A stretch of DNA of 64,000 nucleotides from Alphaproteobacteria bacterium (GTDB lineage Bacteria; Pseudomonadota; Alphaproteobacteria; Micavibrionales; Micavibrionaceae). Every line of letters starts with the position of its first letter. Position 1 is the stretch's first letter. The position numbers and the translations under genes are program-made. The notes under the pieces were generated by a model. The model was not told where the DNA came from and searched no databases. It saw only the letters and a program-made list of their open reading frames with translations. Positions 31,239-40,860 of the stretch are shown here, one piece after another. Location: NCBI GenBank assembly GCA_050633325.1, contig JBOEGH010000005.1, forward strand, positions 171,779 to 235,778, in the 5' to 3' direction.

Positions 31239-33371
31239 GTGTTGAATAAAACTATTATATATTATCTTGTTTTGTGTTTTGGATTGTTTTCGCAATCGAT
31301 AGAACCTATATACGCCAGTGAAGATCAAGAGCGTTATACAGAAACGTCAATAATTGCGGAACGAAATTTTATCCAGCCAAGTGATGAAATAACAATAGCT
31401 ATAGATATAAAATTAGCACCACATTGGCATGTCTATTGGAAAAACCCCGGTGATTCAGGTCTTCCTGTCAGAATAAAATGGAATTTACCCGAAGGGTTTG
31501 AAATAGGTGAAATCAAATGGCCTACCCCGGATAAAATATCATACGATATTTTGGTAAATTACGGTTACTACGATAAAGTTACTTTATTACAAACACTGAA
31601 AACCCCAGATACATTACCAAAAGGGCCAATAAACCTTACGGCAGATATTAATATGCTGGTATGTAATGATATCTGTATTCCAGAAAACAGCACAAATTCA
31701 ATCAGTTTTAACGACCCTAATGGTCAAAAAACAGACAACAGCGCGATAATAAATAATGCGTACGCAAATATTGCTAAGCCAATCAAAGGTACGTATTCAT
31801 TTTCAGAAAATAACGGTAAATTAAACCTAACAATAAAGCCTGAGGATATTACAATTTTAGAAGGCTCTAACGTAAATAATTTAGACTTTTTCCCTTTAGA
31901 TTGGGGTATAATAAATCATATTTCCGTACCAAGCGTACAGATAGAAAATAATATTATAAAAATTAGCCATGATAGAGGCGATCAAAGCATTGAAAATATA
32001 GATAACCTTACAGGACTTTTAGTTATAAAAGGTGATAAAGGACAGAGCAAGGGCTTTGAAATAACTGCTACACCCGAAATAACAACAAGTACAACAAAAG
32101 TTGAAATTGAGAATACTGAGACCAGTACACCACCTATAAAAGCTGAAGCGAAAACCAATAATACAACATGGTTTAGCGCGCTTTACTTTGCCCTGTTCGG
32201 CGGCCTTATACTTAATTTAATGCCATGCGTTTTCCCTGTTCTGTCTATGAAGGCATTAAGCCTAGTAAAAATGAGCGATAAAGAAAGCAAAGCAGCACGT
32301 ACACACGGCATTGCCTATACCCTAGGTGTAGTTCTCAGCTTTCTGGCAATTGGCGGGGTGTTACTGATATTAAAAGAGGCAGGTACAGTTGTTGGTTGGG
32401 GTTTTCAACTTCAAAACCCCATAATAGTAGGTATACTTGCATATCTTTTATTTATTATCGGGTTAAACCTTATTGGTTTTTTTGAGTTCAAAACCAGCTT
32501 TGGTAATATCGGCAATAAACTGACACAAGGACAATCACTCAGCAGTTCTTTCTTCACAGGTACACTTGCAACTATTGTTGCAACACCTTGTACTGCGCCA
32601 TTCATGGGTGCTGCGATGGGGTTTGCCCTAACCCAACCCGCATTTGTCAGTATGAGTATATTTGCCGCACTAGGGTTTGGTCTTGCTCTACCATACTTAA
32701 TTCTATCGTACGTACCACAATTCCGTCGCGTACTACCAAAACCTGGCGCGTGGATGGACGTATTTAAACAGTTCCTATCCTTCCCTATTTTTGCATCGTC
32801 CATATGGCTTATATGGGTACTAAGTCAACAATCTGGATCTTACGGTGTTTTACTAGTTCTTCTTGGTATGCTCGCCATTGCCTTTTGTGTATGGCTTTCA
32901 CACCTAAGGAATAAAGGTATCGCAAAACGTATAACAAGCGGACTTTTTGTATTATGCCTGTTTTTGCCTGTTTTCAGCCTGTCTTACCTCAAAGACACAC
33001 CAAAAGACTACGCGTTCGGCGCACCTTTTTCGCCGGAAAAATTATCTGAACTTATATCAGGTGATGACCCTATATTTGTTGAAATGACAGCGGCATGGTG
33101 CATAACTTGCAAGGTAAATCACGCCGTTGCAATCAACGTAAAATCAACGAAAGAACTGTTCAAAGAAAACAACGTACAGTACTTAATCGGTGATTGGACT
33201 AATCACGATGACACCATCACACAATATCTACATGATTTCGGACGCAATGGTGTACCTATTTACGTTTATTACGGCAAACGTGACCCCAACACAGGTAAAA
33301 GACCAGAGGCAAAGCTATTACCACAAGTAATAAGTACAGATACTATACAAAACACAATTAACGAAGACTAA
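31239..33371 (+). CDS. DsbD/ScsB-like thiol:disulfide reductant transporter (periplasmic N-domain, CcdA-type TM core, C-terminal thioredoxin domain)
   Basis: N-domain VCNDICIPE, TM cysteines in LMPCVFPVLS and ATPCTAPFMG, and C-terminal thioredoxin AAWCITCKVN. An AGGAG RBS at 31231-31235 precedes GTG 31239 / TTG 31242. Confidence 0.8.
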   Translation: MLNKTIIYYLVLCFGLFSQSIEPIYASEDQERYTETSIIAERNFIQPSDEITIAIDIKLAPHWHVYWKNPGDSGLPVRIKWNLPEGFEIGEIKWPTPDKISYDILVNYGYYDKVTLLQTLKTPDTLPKGPINLTADINMLVCNDICIPENSTNSISFNDPNGQKTDNSAIINNAYANIAKPIKGTYSFSENNGKLNLTIKPEDITILEGSNVNNLDFFPLDWGIINHISVPSVQIENNIIKISHDRGDQSIENIDNLTGLLVIKGDKGQSKGFEITATPEITTSTTKVEIENTETSTPPIKAEAKTNNTTWFSALYFALFGGLILNLMPCVFPVLSMKALSLVKMSDKESKAARTHGIAYTLGVVLSFLAIGGVLLILKEAGTVVGWGFQLQNPIIVGILAYLLFIIGLNLIGFFEFKTSFGNIGNKLTQGQSLSSSFFTGTLATIVATPCTAPFMGAAMGFALTQPAFVSMSIFAALGFGLALPYLILSYVPQFRRVLPKPGAWMDVFKQFLSFPIFASSIWLIWVLSQQSGSYGVLLVLLGMLAIAFCVWLSHLRNKGIAKRITSGLFVLCLFLPVFSLSYLKDTPKDYAFGAPFSPEKLSELISGDDPIFVEMTAAWCITCKVNHAVAINVKSTKELFKENNVQYLIGDWTNHDDTITQYLHDFGRNGVPIYVYYGKRDPNTGKRPEAKLLPQVISTDTIQNTINED

Positions 33372-33406
33372 CTCACATCAATCACAAAACCCGAAAGGAC
33401 AAAACA

Positions 33407-34030
33407 ATGTTGAAAAAAACATCTTACTTCACACTTGCGATAGCACTAATACCAATCGCATTCAGTCTGATTACAACACCTGTAAATGCCTCAGTTGAAA
33501 TTGGTAAGGCTGCACCTAATTTTACCGCAACTGACATCCACGGAAACGCGTTTAATCTGGAAGATCAAAAAGGGAAAATAGTTGTACTGGAATGGACAAA
33601 CCATCTGTGCCCATTTGTGAAGAAACATTACAGCACAAATAACATGCAACAAACACAAAAGACCGCCACCGATAACGGCGTAATATGGGTTAGTATAGTT
33701 TCCTCCGCAGAAGGCAAACAAGGAAACGTATCCGCACAAGAAGCAATAGCGATAGAAAAAGAAGTCGGTGCACACGCAACAACACGTATCCTTGATCCGT
33801 CAGGTGAAATTGGCAAACTATATGATGCAAAGACAACCCCGCACATGTTCGTTATTTCTGCAGCAGGTAATGTTGCTTACGCTGGTGCGATTGACAGCAA
33901 CCCAAGCCCAAGCCCGAAGGCAGTAGAAAATGCCGAAAACCTTGTTCTTGCCGCATTGGATGATTTGTCGTCTGGGAGAACAGTCGACGTTCCACGCACG
34001 GCACCTTACGGATGTTCAGTAAAGTATTAA
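33407..34030 (+). CDS. periplasmic thioredoxin-fold (redoxin/TlpA-like) protein
   Basis: Has a signal peptide and FNLEDQKGKIVVLEWTNHLCPFVKKHY, a thioredoxin-fold active-site region. It lies directly downstream of the DsbD-like gene. Confidence 0.65.
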   Translation: MLKKTSYFTLAIALIPIAFSLITTPVNASVEIGKAAPNFTATDIHGNAFNLEDQKGKIVVLEWTNHLCPFVKKHYSTNNMQQTQKTATDNGVIWVSIVSSAEGKQGNVSAQEAIAIEKEVGAHATTRILDPSGEIGKLYDAKTTPHMFVISAAGNVAYAGAIDSNPSPSPKAVENAENLVLAALDDLSSGRTVDVPRTAPYGCSVKY

Positions 34031-34054
34031 TAACAAACAATATATTTTATATTA

Positions 34055-34086
34055 AGGCTGGTATGTATTTACCGGCCTTTTTATTT
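34055..34086 (+). terminator. intrinsic terminator after the thioredoxin-fold gene
   Basis: aggctgg-N10-ccggcct (one G-U pair) followed by tttttattt. Confidence 0.65.
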
Positions 34087-34206
34087 GCGTGAATAAAAAA
34101 GCAACAATGTTGATACTATAAACACAGAAATATGAAAAAGAAGCTTTGGAAATATCTAATTTTCGAGTACTATTTATATTAAGTACAAACTGTATTGATT
34201 CTCCTT

Positions 34207-36162
34207 ATGTCCATAAGAAACAAAATAGATTTAAAAACAATTACTTCGCACTCTGCTCCCCCCATACAAGCAGAGGCTGCTCGCTGTGCCATTAATGAAG
34301 ATGGCAAAATCATTTACGCAAACGAATCATTTTATAACCTTTGTGAAATAAATGAGCATCAACGCGGTAATGCACTGGATATTTTCACATTTTCAGACGA
34401 CATACTAGAAGACATAAACGACATATCTACACTCCCTACTGGCGATCACGATGTACATATTAATGGAAACCCAATTATTACCGGTTTTCACTTTGACTGG
34501 CTTTCTACAATGGATAACAAACGTTATCTAATAGCTTCTGCAACGGATAACGTACTAAACAGCGGCATCGACAGCGATATTGATATTTTATTAAATAAAA
34601 TACAAAGCTCTGCCGCACGTATAGAAACTGCGTCCGATAAAATAACAGACATCAAACCAACCAAAGATGATTTCAACGAATTTATCATGATGACACATGA
34701 TATAATGATAATCACGGATGAACAGGGGCGCATTATAAACGCTAATGACGCGTTTATGGATGGGTTTGGATATAGCTCTGCTGATATCAGTGGCGCATCA
34801 TTCTTAAACCTATTCAGTGACGAAGACAGAGCGACAATACGCAATACAATGTTAAGCTTGTCCTACAATTCAAAGGATAAAGAGACACAAAATCAAACCA
34901 TCGATTTTGAAACTCGTGTTCTAACAAACACCAGACAAAGCAGATGGGTGGAATTTCGTCAAAAATGCGCGGATGGTAAAATATATTCTCTGGGAAGAGA
35001 CATAACAAAAGCAAAACAACAACAAAGCAACCTTCAAAGACGGCAAAAACAACTATCAGAAGCCGAAGCTATCGGACGGATGGGACACTGGCACTGGTTA
35101 ATCGGTGAAGACAATATATCTTGGTCAGAAGAAATATTCCGCATATTCGGTGTAGATCAAAATCAATATAAACCATGCATTAATGGCCTTACTGACCTGA
35201 TCCATAAACGCGATCTTGGCCGTGTAGTACAAATATTCCAACGCGCCATCATAGAAGAAAAAAACTATGATATGGATTTCAGAATTGTACGTCCCGGCGG
35301 AGATATAAGATTTATAATGTGTGAGGGTCGCTGTGAAAAAGATGACAAAGGTGAAATAATCGCCCTTTACGGCATAATGCAAGATATGACCGAGCGTATG
35401 CTATATGAACAAGAACTACGTCAAGCCAAAGACGCATCTGAACAGGCTTACGCGGCTAAATCACGTTTCCTCGCAAATATGAGCCATGAACTACGTACAC
35501 CTTTGAACGCCGTTATCGGGTTCTCTGAGATGATAGAATCACAAATGTTGGGCCCTATATTCAATGAAAAATATCTTGAATACGCAACTAGCATAAAAGA
35601 CAGTGGTAAACACCTGTTAGACCTGATCAGCGATATATTAGACATGTCAAAAATTGAGGCTGGCAAGCATACATTGGAACTGGAAGAAATAAACATACGG
35701 GATATTATTGACCGCGCTATACACATGATTAAAGGGCGCGCTGCCGAACAGGACATATCACTACGTACACCTGAAATAGAAGATAGTGACATTAATATAA
35801 TTGGTGACAGACGCGCGCTAACACAGATTTTACTTAATTTACTATCAAATGCGGTTAAGTTCACACCATCACATGGCTCTGTATGGATTGAGTGCTATAA
35901 AAAAGACACATACATATCTTTAAGAGTATGTGACACAGGTATTGGTATACCACCTAATAAGCTTGCATCTGTTCTTCGCCCCTTTGAGCAAGCATCATCT
36001 CAATATACAAGAGATCACGAAGGTACAGGTCTGGGGTTATCAATCACCAAGAAACTGGTTGAGCTTCACAAAGGAAGTATAAACATTGAGTCATCCGTAG
36101 ATGTCGGGACAACGGTAAGCGTACGCCTACCCTATAATATTAAAAACACATCTAAACATTAG
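34207..36162 (+). CDS. PAS-domain sensor histidine kinase (cytoplasmic, no adjacent response regulator)
   Basis: H-box SHELRTPLNAVIGFSEM, N-box LLNLLSNAVKFT, G1 DTGIGI and G2 GTGLGLSI, with two PAS-like segments upstream. The ATG at 34207 is preferred over the track TTG at 34195. Confidence 0.9.
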   Translation: MSIRNKIDLKTITSHSAPPIQAEAARCAINEDGKIIYANESFYNLCEINEHQRGNALDIFTFSDDILEDINDISTLPTGDHDVHINGNPIITGFHFDWLSTMDNKRYLIASATDNVLNSGIDSDIDILLNKIQSSAARIETASDKITDIKPTKDDFNEFIMMTHDIMIITDEQGRIINANDAFMDGFGYSSADISGASFLNLFSDEDRATIRNTMLSLSYNSKDKETQNQTIDFETRVLTNTRQSRWVEFRQKCADGKIYSLGRDITKAKQQQSNLQRRQKQLSEAEAIGRMGHWHWLIGEDNISWSEEIFRIFGVDQNQYKPCINGLTDLIHKRDLGRVVQIFQRAIIEEKNYDMDFRIVRPGGDIRFIMCEGRCEKDDKGEIIALYGIMQDMTERMLYEQELRQAKDASEQAYAAKSRFLANMSHELRTPLNAVIGFSEMIESQMLGPIFNEKYLEYATSIKDSGKHLLDLISDILDMSKIEAGKHTLELEEINIRDIIDRAIHMIKGRAAEQDISLRTPEIEDSDINIIGDRRALTQILLNLLSNAVKFTPSHGSVWIECYKKDTYISLRVCDTGIGIPPNKLASVLRPFEQASSQYTRDHEGTGLGLSITKKLVELHKGSINIESSVDVGTTVSVRLPYNIKNTSKH

Positions 36163-37066
36163 TTTTAATATAGGATGAAGAGTACTGTTCTGCTTCCAGA
36201 CAGCCCTTAAGGCCATCTTTATAATTATTATACTTCAACTCAACACCAAGGTTACTCTTTATCTTATCATTGCGTACGCGCTTATTATCTGCATAAAAGC
36301 TTATCGCTATTGGTGCTAGATCAACTTCGTTAAATGGTAAAAGCGGAGGCGCAGCAATTCCCAATAAATTACACGCATATTCTATTACTTCATGACTGGG
36401 CGCGGGAACATCATCACAAACATTATATATCTCACCCGGTGCAGGATAATTCATCGACTTTAGCAACGTTTGTGCTAAATCTTCCACATGTATACGGCTA
36501 AATGCGTGACCGGGCTTATCAATTCTACGCGCGACGCCTGAACGTACAGAGTCAAGAGCACTACGCCCAGGACCGTATATACCCGCTAGACGAAAGACAT
36601 GTACTGGAAGGCTGTATGCATGAAATAATGACAACCATTGTCTCTCCACATCTAAACGCCTTGATCCACGCTTGGTAATAGGACGAGCTTCTGAAGTTTC
36701 GTCGACCCAATTACCTCCGCGATCTCCATATGGACTGGTTGTTGATAAATACCCCACCCATTCCAGATTAGGTAAGTCCAAAATATCTTGTGCATGAAGG
36801 TTAAAACTTGGGTCACCATCACCTGATGGAGGAGTACAGATCAAAACATGAGTAACATCACGAAGCATATAAACAGGGTCATGAAGAGGAGAATTATAGT
36901 CGAAAATATGCGCATTAACACCGCGGGATCGTAACTCTTCTCTTCTTTCCGGATCACGCGTTGTACCGGAAACACGCCACCCGCTGCGCTGCATTAATTC
37001 ATGTCCAATATAATCACAGCTATAGCCGTAACCAAAACAAAACAGATGTTTCCCTTTATCTACCAA
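36152..37066 (-). CDS. NAD(P)-binding epimerase/dehydratase-like (extended SDR) protein
   Basis: 304 aa with a degenerate Rossmann N-terminus (LFCFGYGYSCDYIG) and the architecture of NAD-dependent epimerase family proteins. Substrate unknown. Confidence 0.6.
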   Translation of the reverse strand: MVDKGKHLFCFGYGYSCDYIGHELMQRSGWRVSGTTRDPERREELRSRGVNAHIFDYNSPLHDPVYMLRDVTHVLICTPPSGDGDPSFNLHAQDILDLPNLEWVGYLSTTSPYGDRGGNWVDETSEARPITKRGSRRLDVERQWLSLFHAYSLPVHVFRLAGIYGPGRSALDSVRSGVARRIDKPGHAFSRIHVEDLAQTLLKSMNYPAPGEIYNVCDDVPAPSHEVIEYACNLLGIAAPPLLPFNEVDLAPIAISFYADNKRVRNDKIKSNLGVELKYNNYKDGLKGCLEAEQYSSSYIKTNV

Positions 37067-37098
37067 TATAATATTCCCCTAACATGCAATTTATTATT

Positions 37099-37767
37099 TT
37101 AAGATGCTGTTTGCATGTAATTAATTGCCGGATCAAAACCCGGAACACGTTCATCAACCAAAAACTCATACCCTTTACGAGCCTTAACCTTTTCATACCA
37201 CTGATACGCCCCCGCATGTTGTTCCCACGGGACATCACCAACATAATCAACCGCCGATAACTGCGCAGCAGCGGAAATGTCAGCAAGAGAATAAGTATTA
37301 CCGGCCAGCCATTGACGTCTTTCTGTCAAAAAACCTATATAATCGAGATGATAATGTATATTAGCACGACCAGCACGAACAGAAGGTCCGTGTGGCTCTC
37401 CCAACTTAAGAATTGTCTTCATAAGTTTTTCATCAACTAAATTTTCTGTAACTTCCTTATGAAATTTTCTGTCAAACCAATTGACCAGCCTTCGCGTTTC
37501 TGCGCGCTGAACGGGATCGTTGCCAATCAAATTTACTTCCGGGTAAACTTCGTCCAAATATTCACATATAACTTGTGAATTGGATAATATAGTGCCGTCC
37601 GCCTCAACCAATAGGGGTAAATCACCTGCAGGATTCATTGCAAGAAAATCTGTTCTTCTTTCCCAGATTTTTTCAATCTCGAGATCAAAGTCCAAGCCCT
37701 TCTCCGTTAAAGTCAATCTGACTTTACGTGAAAAAGGGTGCAGCCAAAAGTGAAACAACATTCGCAT
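37099..37767 (-). CDS. glutathione S-transferase
   Basis: The N-terminal thioredoxin-like GST domain (HPFSRKVRLTLTEKGL...NPAGDLPLLV...SNSQVICEYL) is followed by a helical C-domain. Confidence 0.85.
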   Translation of the reverse strand: MRMLFHFWLHPFSRKVRLTLTEKGLDFDLEIEKIWERRTDFLAMNPAGDLPLLVEADGTILSNSQVICEYLDEVYPEVNLIGNDPVQRAETRRLVNWFDRKFHKEVTENLVDEKLMKTILKLGEPHGPSVRAGRANIHYHLDYIGFLTERRQWLAGNTYSLADISAAAQLSAVDYVGDVPWEQHAGAYQWYEKVKARKGYEFLVDERVPGFDPAINYMQTAS

Positions 37768-37830
37768 ATTGTCAGTCTACCTTAGACTGAAAAATATACA
37801 ATAATTCAAAGCAAAAATTATGAAAAAAAA

Positions 37831-39045
37831 TTACTGTTTCGTTGTAGCAGACAAAGAAATATCAAGCTTCACTATACCGCCTATTGCATCAGTGCTCTGC
37901 CATTTCCCTTGCCCTATACCGAAATCAAGCCTGTTAAGCTCAATATTAGCGGACATTTCAGCAATATTTTCATCGCGATCATTCATAGTAATATCTAGAG
38001 TAAAAGGCAACTCAATCGGCAAAGTAACACCGCGCAGCGTCAAATCCCCACTTGCAATGAACTGATTCGAATCTACTTTTTTAAAATCATCCGACTCAAA
38101 AACAGCATATGGATGAGAGCCGGCATCAAACCATTCACCGGAAACCGCTTGAGTATCACGATCACTACTACCTGTTTTTATAGACGAGATATCAATTTCG
38201 ATTCTTACCTTACTGTCAGCCAAATTATTTTCATCAAAAAATATCTGACCTTTCGCTATTTTAAAATTACCCTGAAATTCTTGACCATATTGCGTTGCCC
38301 CAAAACCTACAGAGCTATTATCAAAGTCAATATGCCATTCAGTCAGTTCAGATGATATTTTAACACTGCTATCTGAAACAACGCGTACGTTGCTCTCTTC
38401 TGCACCAGATACACTAAAATATTTCTTATTCAAATACTTAAGGGCATAAAACCCACCTGACGCGTACATTAGCATAATTGCTACCGTTAAAACAAAACCA
38501 CCACTGACACCTAATCCAGGTACAGTCATACGACGCAACGTATTATCCTTATCAATAAAATGATGTTTTAATGCACCAAGCATATGAGCGCCTATTACTG
38601 CCAATAATAAAAATGATAAAATCTCATGTACGTATCTGGATGTATTAAAGACACCTTCATTCTTTTGCATCAAATCAGGCACGTTAACCCCAAAGAACTT
38701 AACCGTAAAATCTCCCGCCGAAGACATTACCCACCCTGATATAGGCATAGCAAAAAGCGCAAAATACAAAAATATGTGCGCTACCTTTGCCAATACATGT
38801 TCCCATTTTTTATGCGTATCTAGCGGTCTTGGCTTTCTTTTCACTAATCCCCATATAATACGTACGGCAACTAATAGTAAAATTAATAGACCAAAGGATT
38901 TATGCCATCCATATAATGATAGCTTACTTTCGCTAAAGTCTAACGCGACCATATAAAAACCAATAAATAACAGCCCTAAAATTATCAGGGCAGTTATCCA
39001 ATGTATAACTTTAGAAAATACATGATATGATTGTGTCTGTTCCAT
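37831..39045 (-). CDS. cytochrome b561 (CybB/YceJ-type) fused to a YceI-like domain
   Basis: The N-terminal ~190 aa is a four-helix dihaem cytochrome b561 (VIHWITAL, GWHKSFG, KVAHIFLY, HMLGALKHH). An extra TM helix follows, then a C-terminal YceI-like domain (SVGFGATQYGQEFQGNF...SSIKTGSSDRDTQAVSGEWFDAGSHPYAVFES). Confidence 0.8.
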   Translation of the reverse strand: MEQTQSYHVFSKVIHWITALIILGLLFIGFYMVALDFSESKLSLYGWHKSFGLLILLLVAVRIIWGLVKRKPRPLDTHKKWEHVLAKVAHIFLYFALFAMPISGWVMSSAGDFTVKFFGVNVPDLMQKNEGVFNTSRYVHEILSFLLLAVIGAHMLGALKHHFIDKDNTLRRMTVPGLGVSGGFVLTVAIMLMYASGGFYALKYLNKKYFSVSGAEESNVRVVSDSSVKISSELTEWHIDFDNSSVGFGATQYGQEFQGNFKIAKGQIFFDENNLADSKVRIEIDISSIKTGSSDRDTQAVSGEWFDAGSHPYAVFESDDFKKVDSNQFIASGDLTLRGVTLPIELPFTLDITMNDRDENIAEMSANIELNRLDFGIGQGKWQSTDAIGGIVKLDISLSATTKQ

Positions 39046-39072
39046 AAACTATCCTCTAAAATTTAGTGTCTG

Positions 39073-39708
39073 CTATTTCGCAACTTCCGCGTCTTCACCC
39101 TTAGAGCGAACACCTTCTATTTCCAAACGTACTTCTACATCATCACCAATCATAGGCAATCCATATTTCATACCAAATTCAGAACGCTTGATCGTTGTAG
39201 TAGCAGAAAAACCACTAACATATTCACCGCTAAATGCGTGTTTACCAGACTTGTTATGCTTAACCGACAGAACAACAGGCTTTGTCACCTCTAACAGAGT
39301 TAAATCACCTGTTATGTTTGCTGTATTTTCACCAGTAACCTCAATTGATGTACTCTTAAAGGTCATCGTCGGAAATTTTTCAACATCAAAGAAATCTGCA
39401 TTCTTCATATGTGCATTCCACTTTTCATCATCCATATCCAAACCGGCAGTGTTTATAGTAACATCCACGTTAGATTTTTCAGGGTTTTTAAGGTCAAAAT
39501 TAAACGAGCCATCAAAATCTAAAAACTCACCTTGAGACTTAGAGAAACCGAGGTGATCAACGAAAAATAAAATCTGGGTGTGTGCCTTATCAAATGTATA
39601 ACTTTCAACACCCATTGGCGTTTCTACGGCTACTTTTTCTTCTGCTAATACTGGCTGTACATAGGATATTGCACAAACTGATGCTGCTAGAAATAAAAAC
39701 TTCTTCAT
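39073..39708 (-). CDS. yceI: YceI family periplasmic (polyisoprenoid-binding) protein
   Basis: Has a signal peptide and the YceI pattern YTFDKAHTQILFFVDHLGFSKSQGEF...NAHMKNADFFDVEKFPTMTFKS. Confidence 0.85.
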   Translation of the reverse strand: MKKFLFLAASVCAISYVQPVLAEEKVAVETPMGVESYTFDKAHTQILFFVDHLGFSKSQGEFLDFDGSFNFDLKNPEKSNVDVTINTAGLDMDDEKWNAHMKNADFFDVEKFPTMTFKSTSIEVTGENTANITGDLTLLEVTKPVVLSVKHNKSGKHAFSGEYVSGFSATTTIKRSEFGMKYGLPMIGDDVEVRLEIEGVRSKGEDAEVAK

Positions 39709-39776
39709 AAATATTCTCCATAATATTTTAATAATGAAGCAATATACTAAGCGTATTAATATTATATGGCTATAAC

Positions 39777-39980
39777 TTACATAAAGTATTTTTCATACAT
39801 TGAGACACCTGCATACGCGCCAAGTATGGCGACCCCCCAATTCAATAAACCATATTTCCATTTGATATAGGGGTCATTAATCAAATCATCTCTCTTCACA
39901 TCACGTAACAGAAACGTGAGAAGCATCAAGCCACACATAAATCCACCAACAAAACCTATGACACCTGCAACGTAAACCAT
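39777..39980 (-). CDS. small two-helix membrane protein, hypothetical
   Basis: 67-aa ORF with two hydrophobic helices. No family recognised. Confidence 0.45.
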   Translation of the reverse strand: MVYVAGVIGFVGGFMCGLMLLTFLLRDVKRDDLINDPYIKWKYGLLNWGVAILGAYAGVSMYEKYFM

Positions 39981-40035
39981 TGTCTTTTTCTTTCATTTAG
40001 AGTAGCTATGAGTTTAAATTAGAAAGCAATATAAT

Positions 40036-40860
40036 ATGATTTTATACCACATAATATTACTGGCTGTCATCCAAGGGCTAACAGAATTTTTACCTGTCAG
40101 CTCAAGTGGTCATTTAGGTCTGTTTCATTGCTTTACTGACCAATGCCAGAAATGGGATAATGAAAACCTAACCATGGATATTGCAGTACATGTGGGCACA
40201 TTATTATCAGTATTACTATATTTCTGGCGCGATGTAGTACGTATGTTATTAGGCATAAAAGACATAGGTACGGGTAATGTAAAGTCAGCTAACTCTAAGC
40301 TCACCCTTTATATACTAATAAGCTCCATCCCTGTTATAATTGCCGGGTTTATTCTAAACATGTTTGAACCTGACTGGTTGAAAACCCTGTACGTTATCGC
40401 ATGGGCCACGATCATATTCGGCGTTGTATTGTGGTACATAGACAAAAAATACCCCGAAGAACGAGAAATAAAGGACCTTACCGTTAAAGATGCTATTATT
40501 ATCGGGTGCGCGCAAATACTTGCCTTAATCCCCGGTACCAGCAGATCAGGTATTACTATGACGGCCGCAAGGTTTATGGGATTCAGCCGCAGCGAAAGCG
40601 CGCACTATTCAATGTTACTTGCCATGGTCGCGATAAGTGGTGCAGGTGCACTTATCAGTTTAGGTTTAATTAAAAGTGGCGACATAAGCCTTGGTATGGA
40701 CGCACTAATTGCAGTTGTTTTATCATTTATTTCAGGATGGGTATCAATCGCTGTAATGATGAAATTCTTGCAGAACTCCACCTTTACAATATTTGCTATA
40801 TACAGAGTTATATTGGGGTCAGCCTTGCTTGCATTATTATATTCAGGTGTTATCAGCTAA
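40036..40860 (+). CDS. uppP: undecaprenyl-diphosphate phosphatase
   Basis: Has the signature GLTEFLPVSSSGHL and PGTSRSGITM. Confidence 0.95.
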   Translation: MILYHIILLAVIQGLTEFLPVSSSGHLGLFHCFTDQCQKWDNENLTMDIAVHVGTLLSVLLYFWRDVVRMLLGIKDIGTGNVKSANSKLTLYILISSIPVIIAGFILNMFEPDWLKTLYVIAWATIIFGVVLWYIDKKYPEEREIKDLTVKDAIIIGCAQILALIPGTSRSGITMTAARFMGFSRSESAHYSMLLAMVAISGAGALISLGLIKSGDISLGMDALIAVVLSFISGWVSIAVMMKFLQNSTFTIFAIYRVILGSALLALLYSGVIS

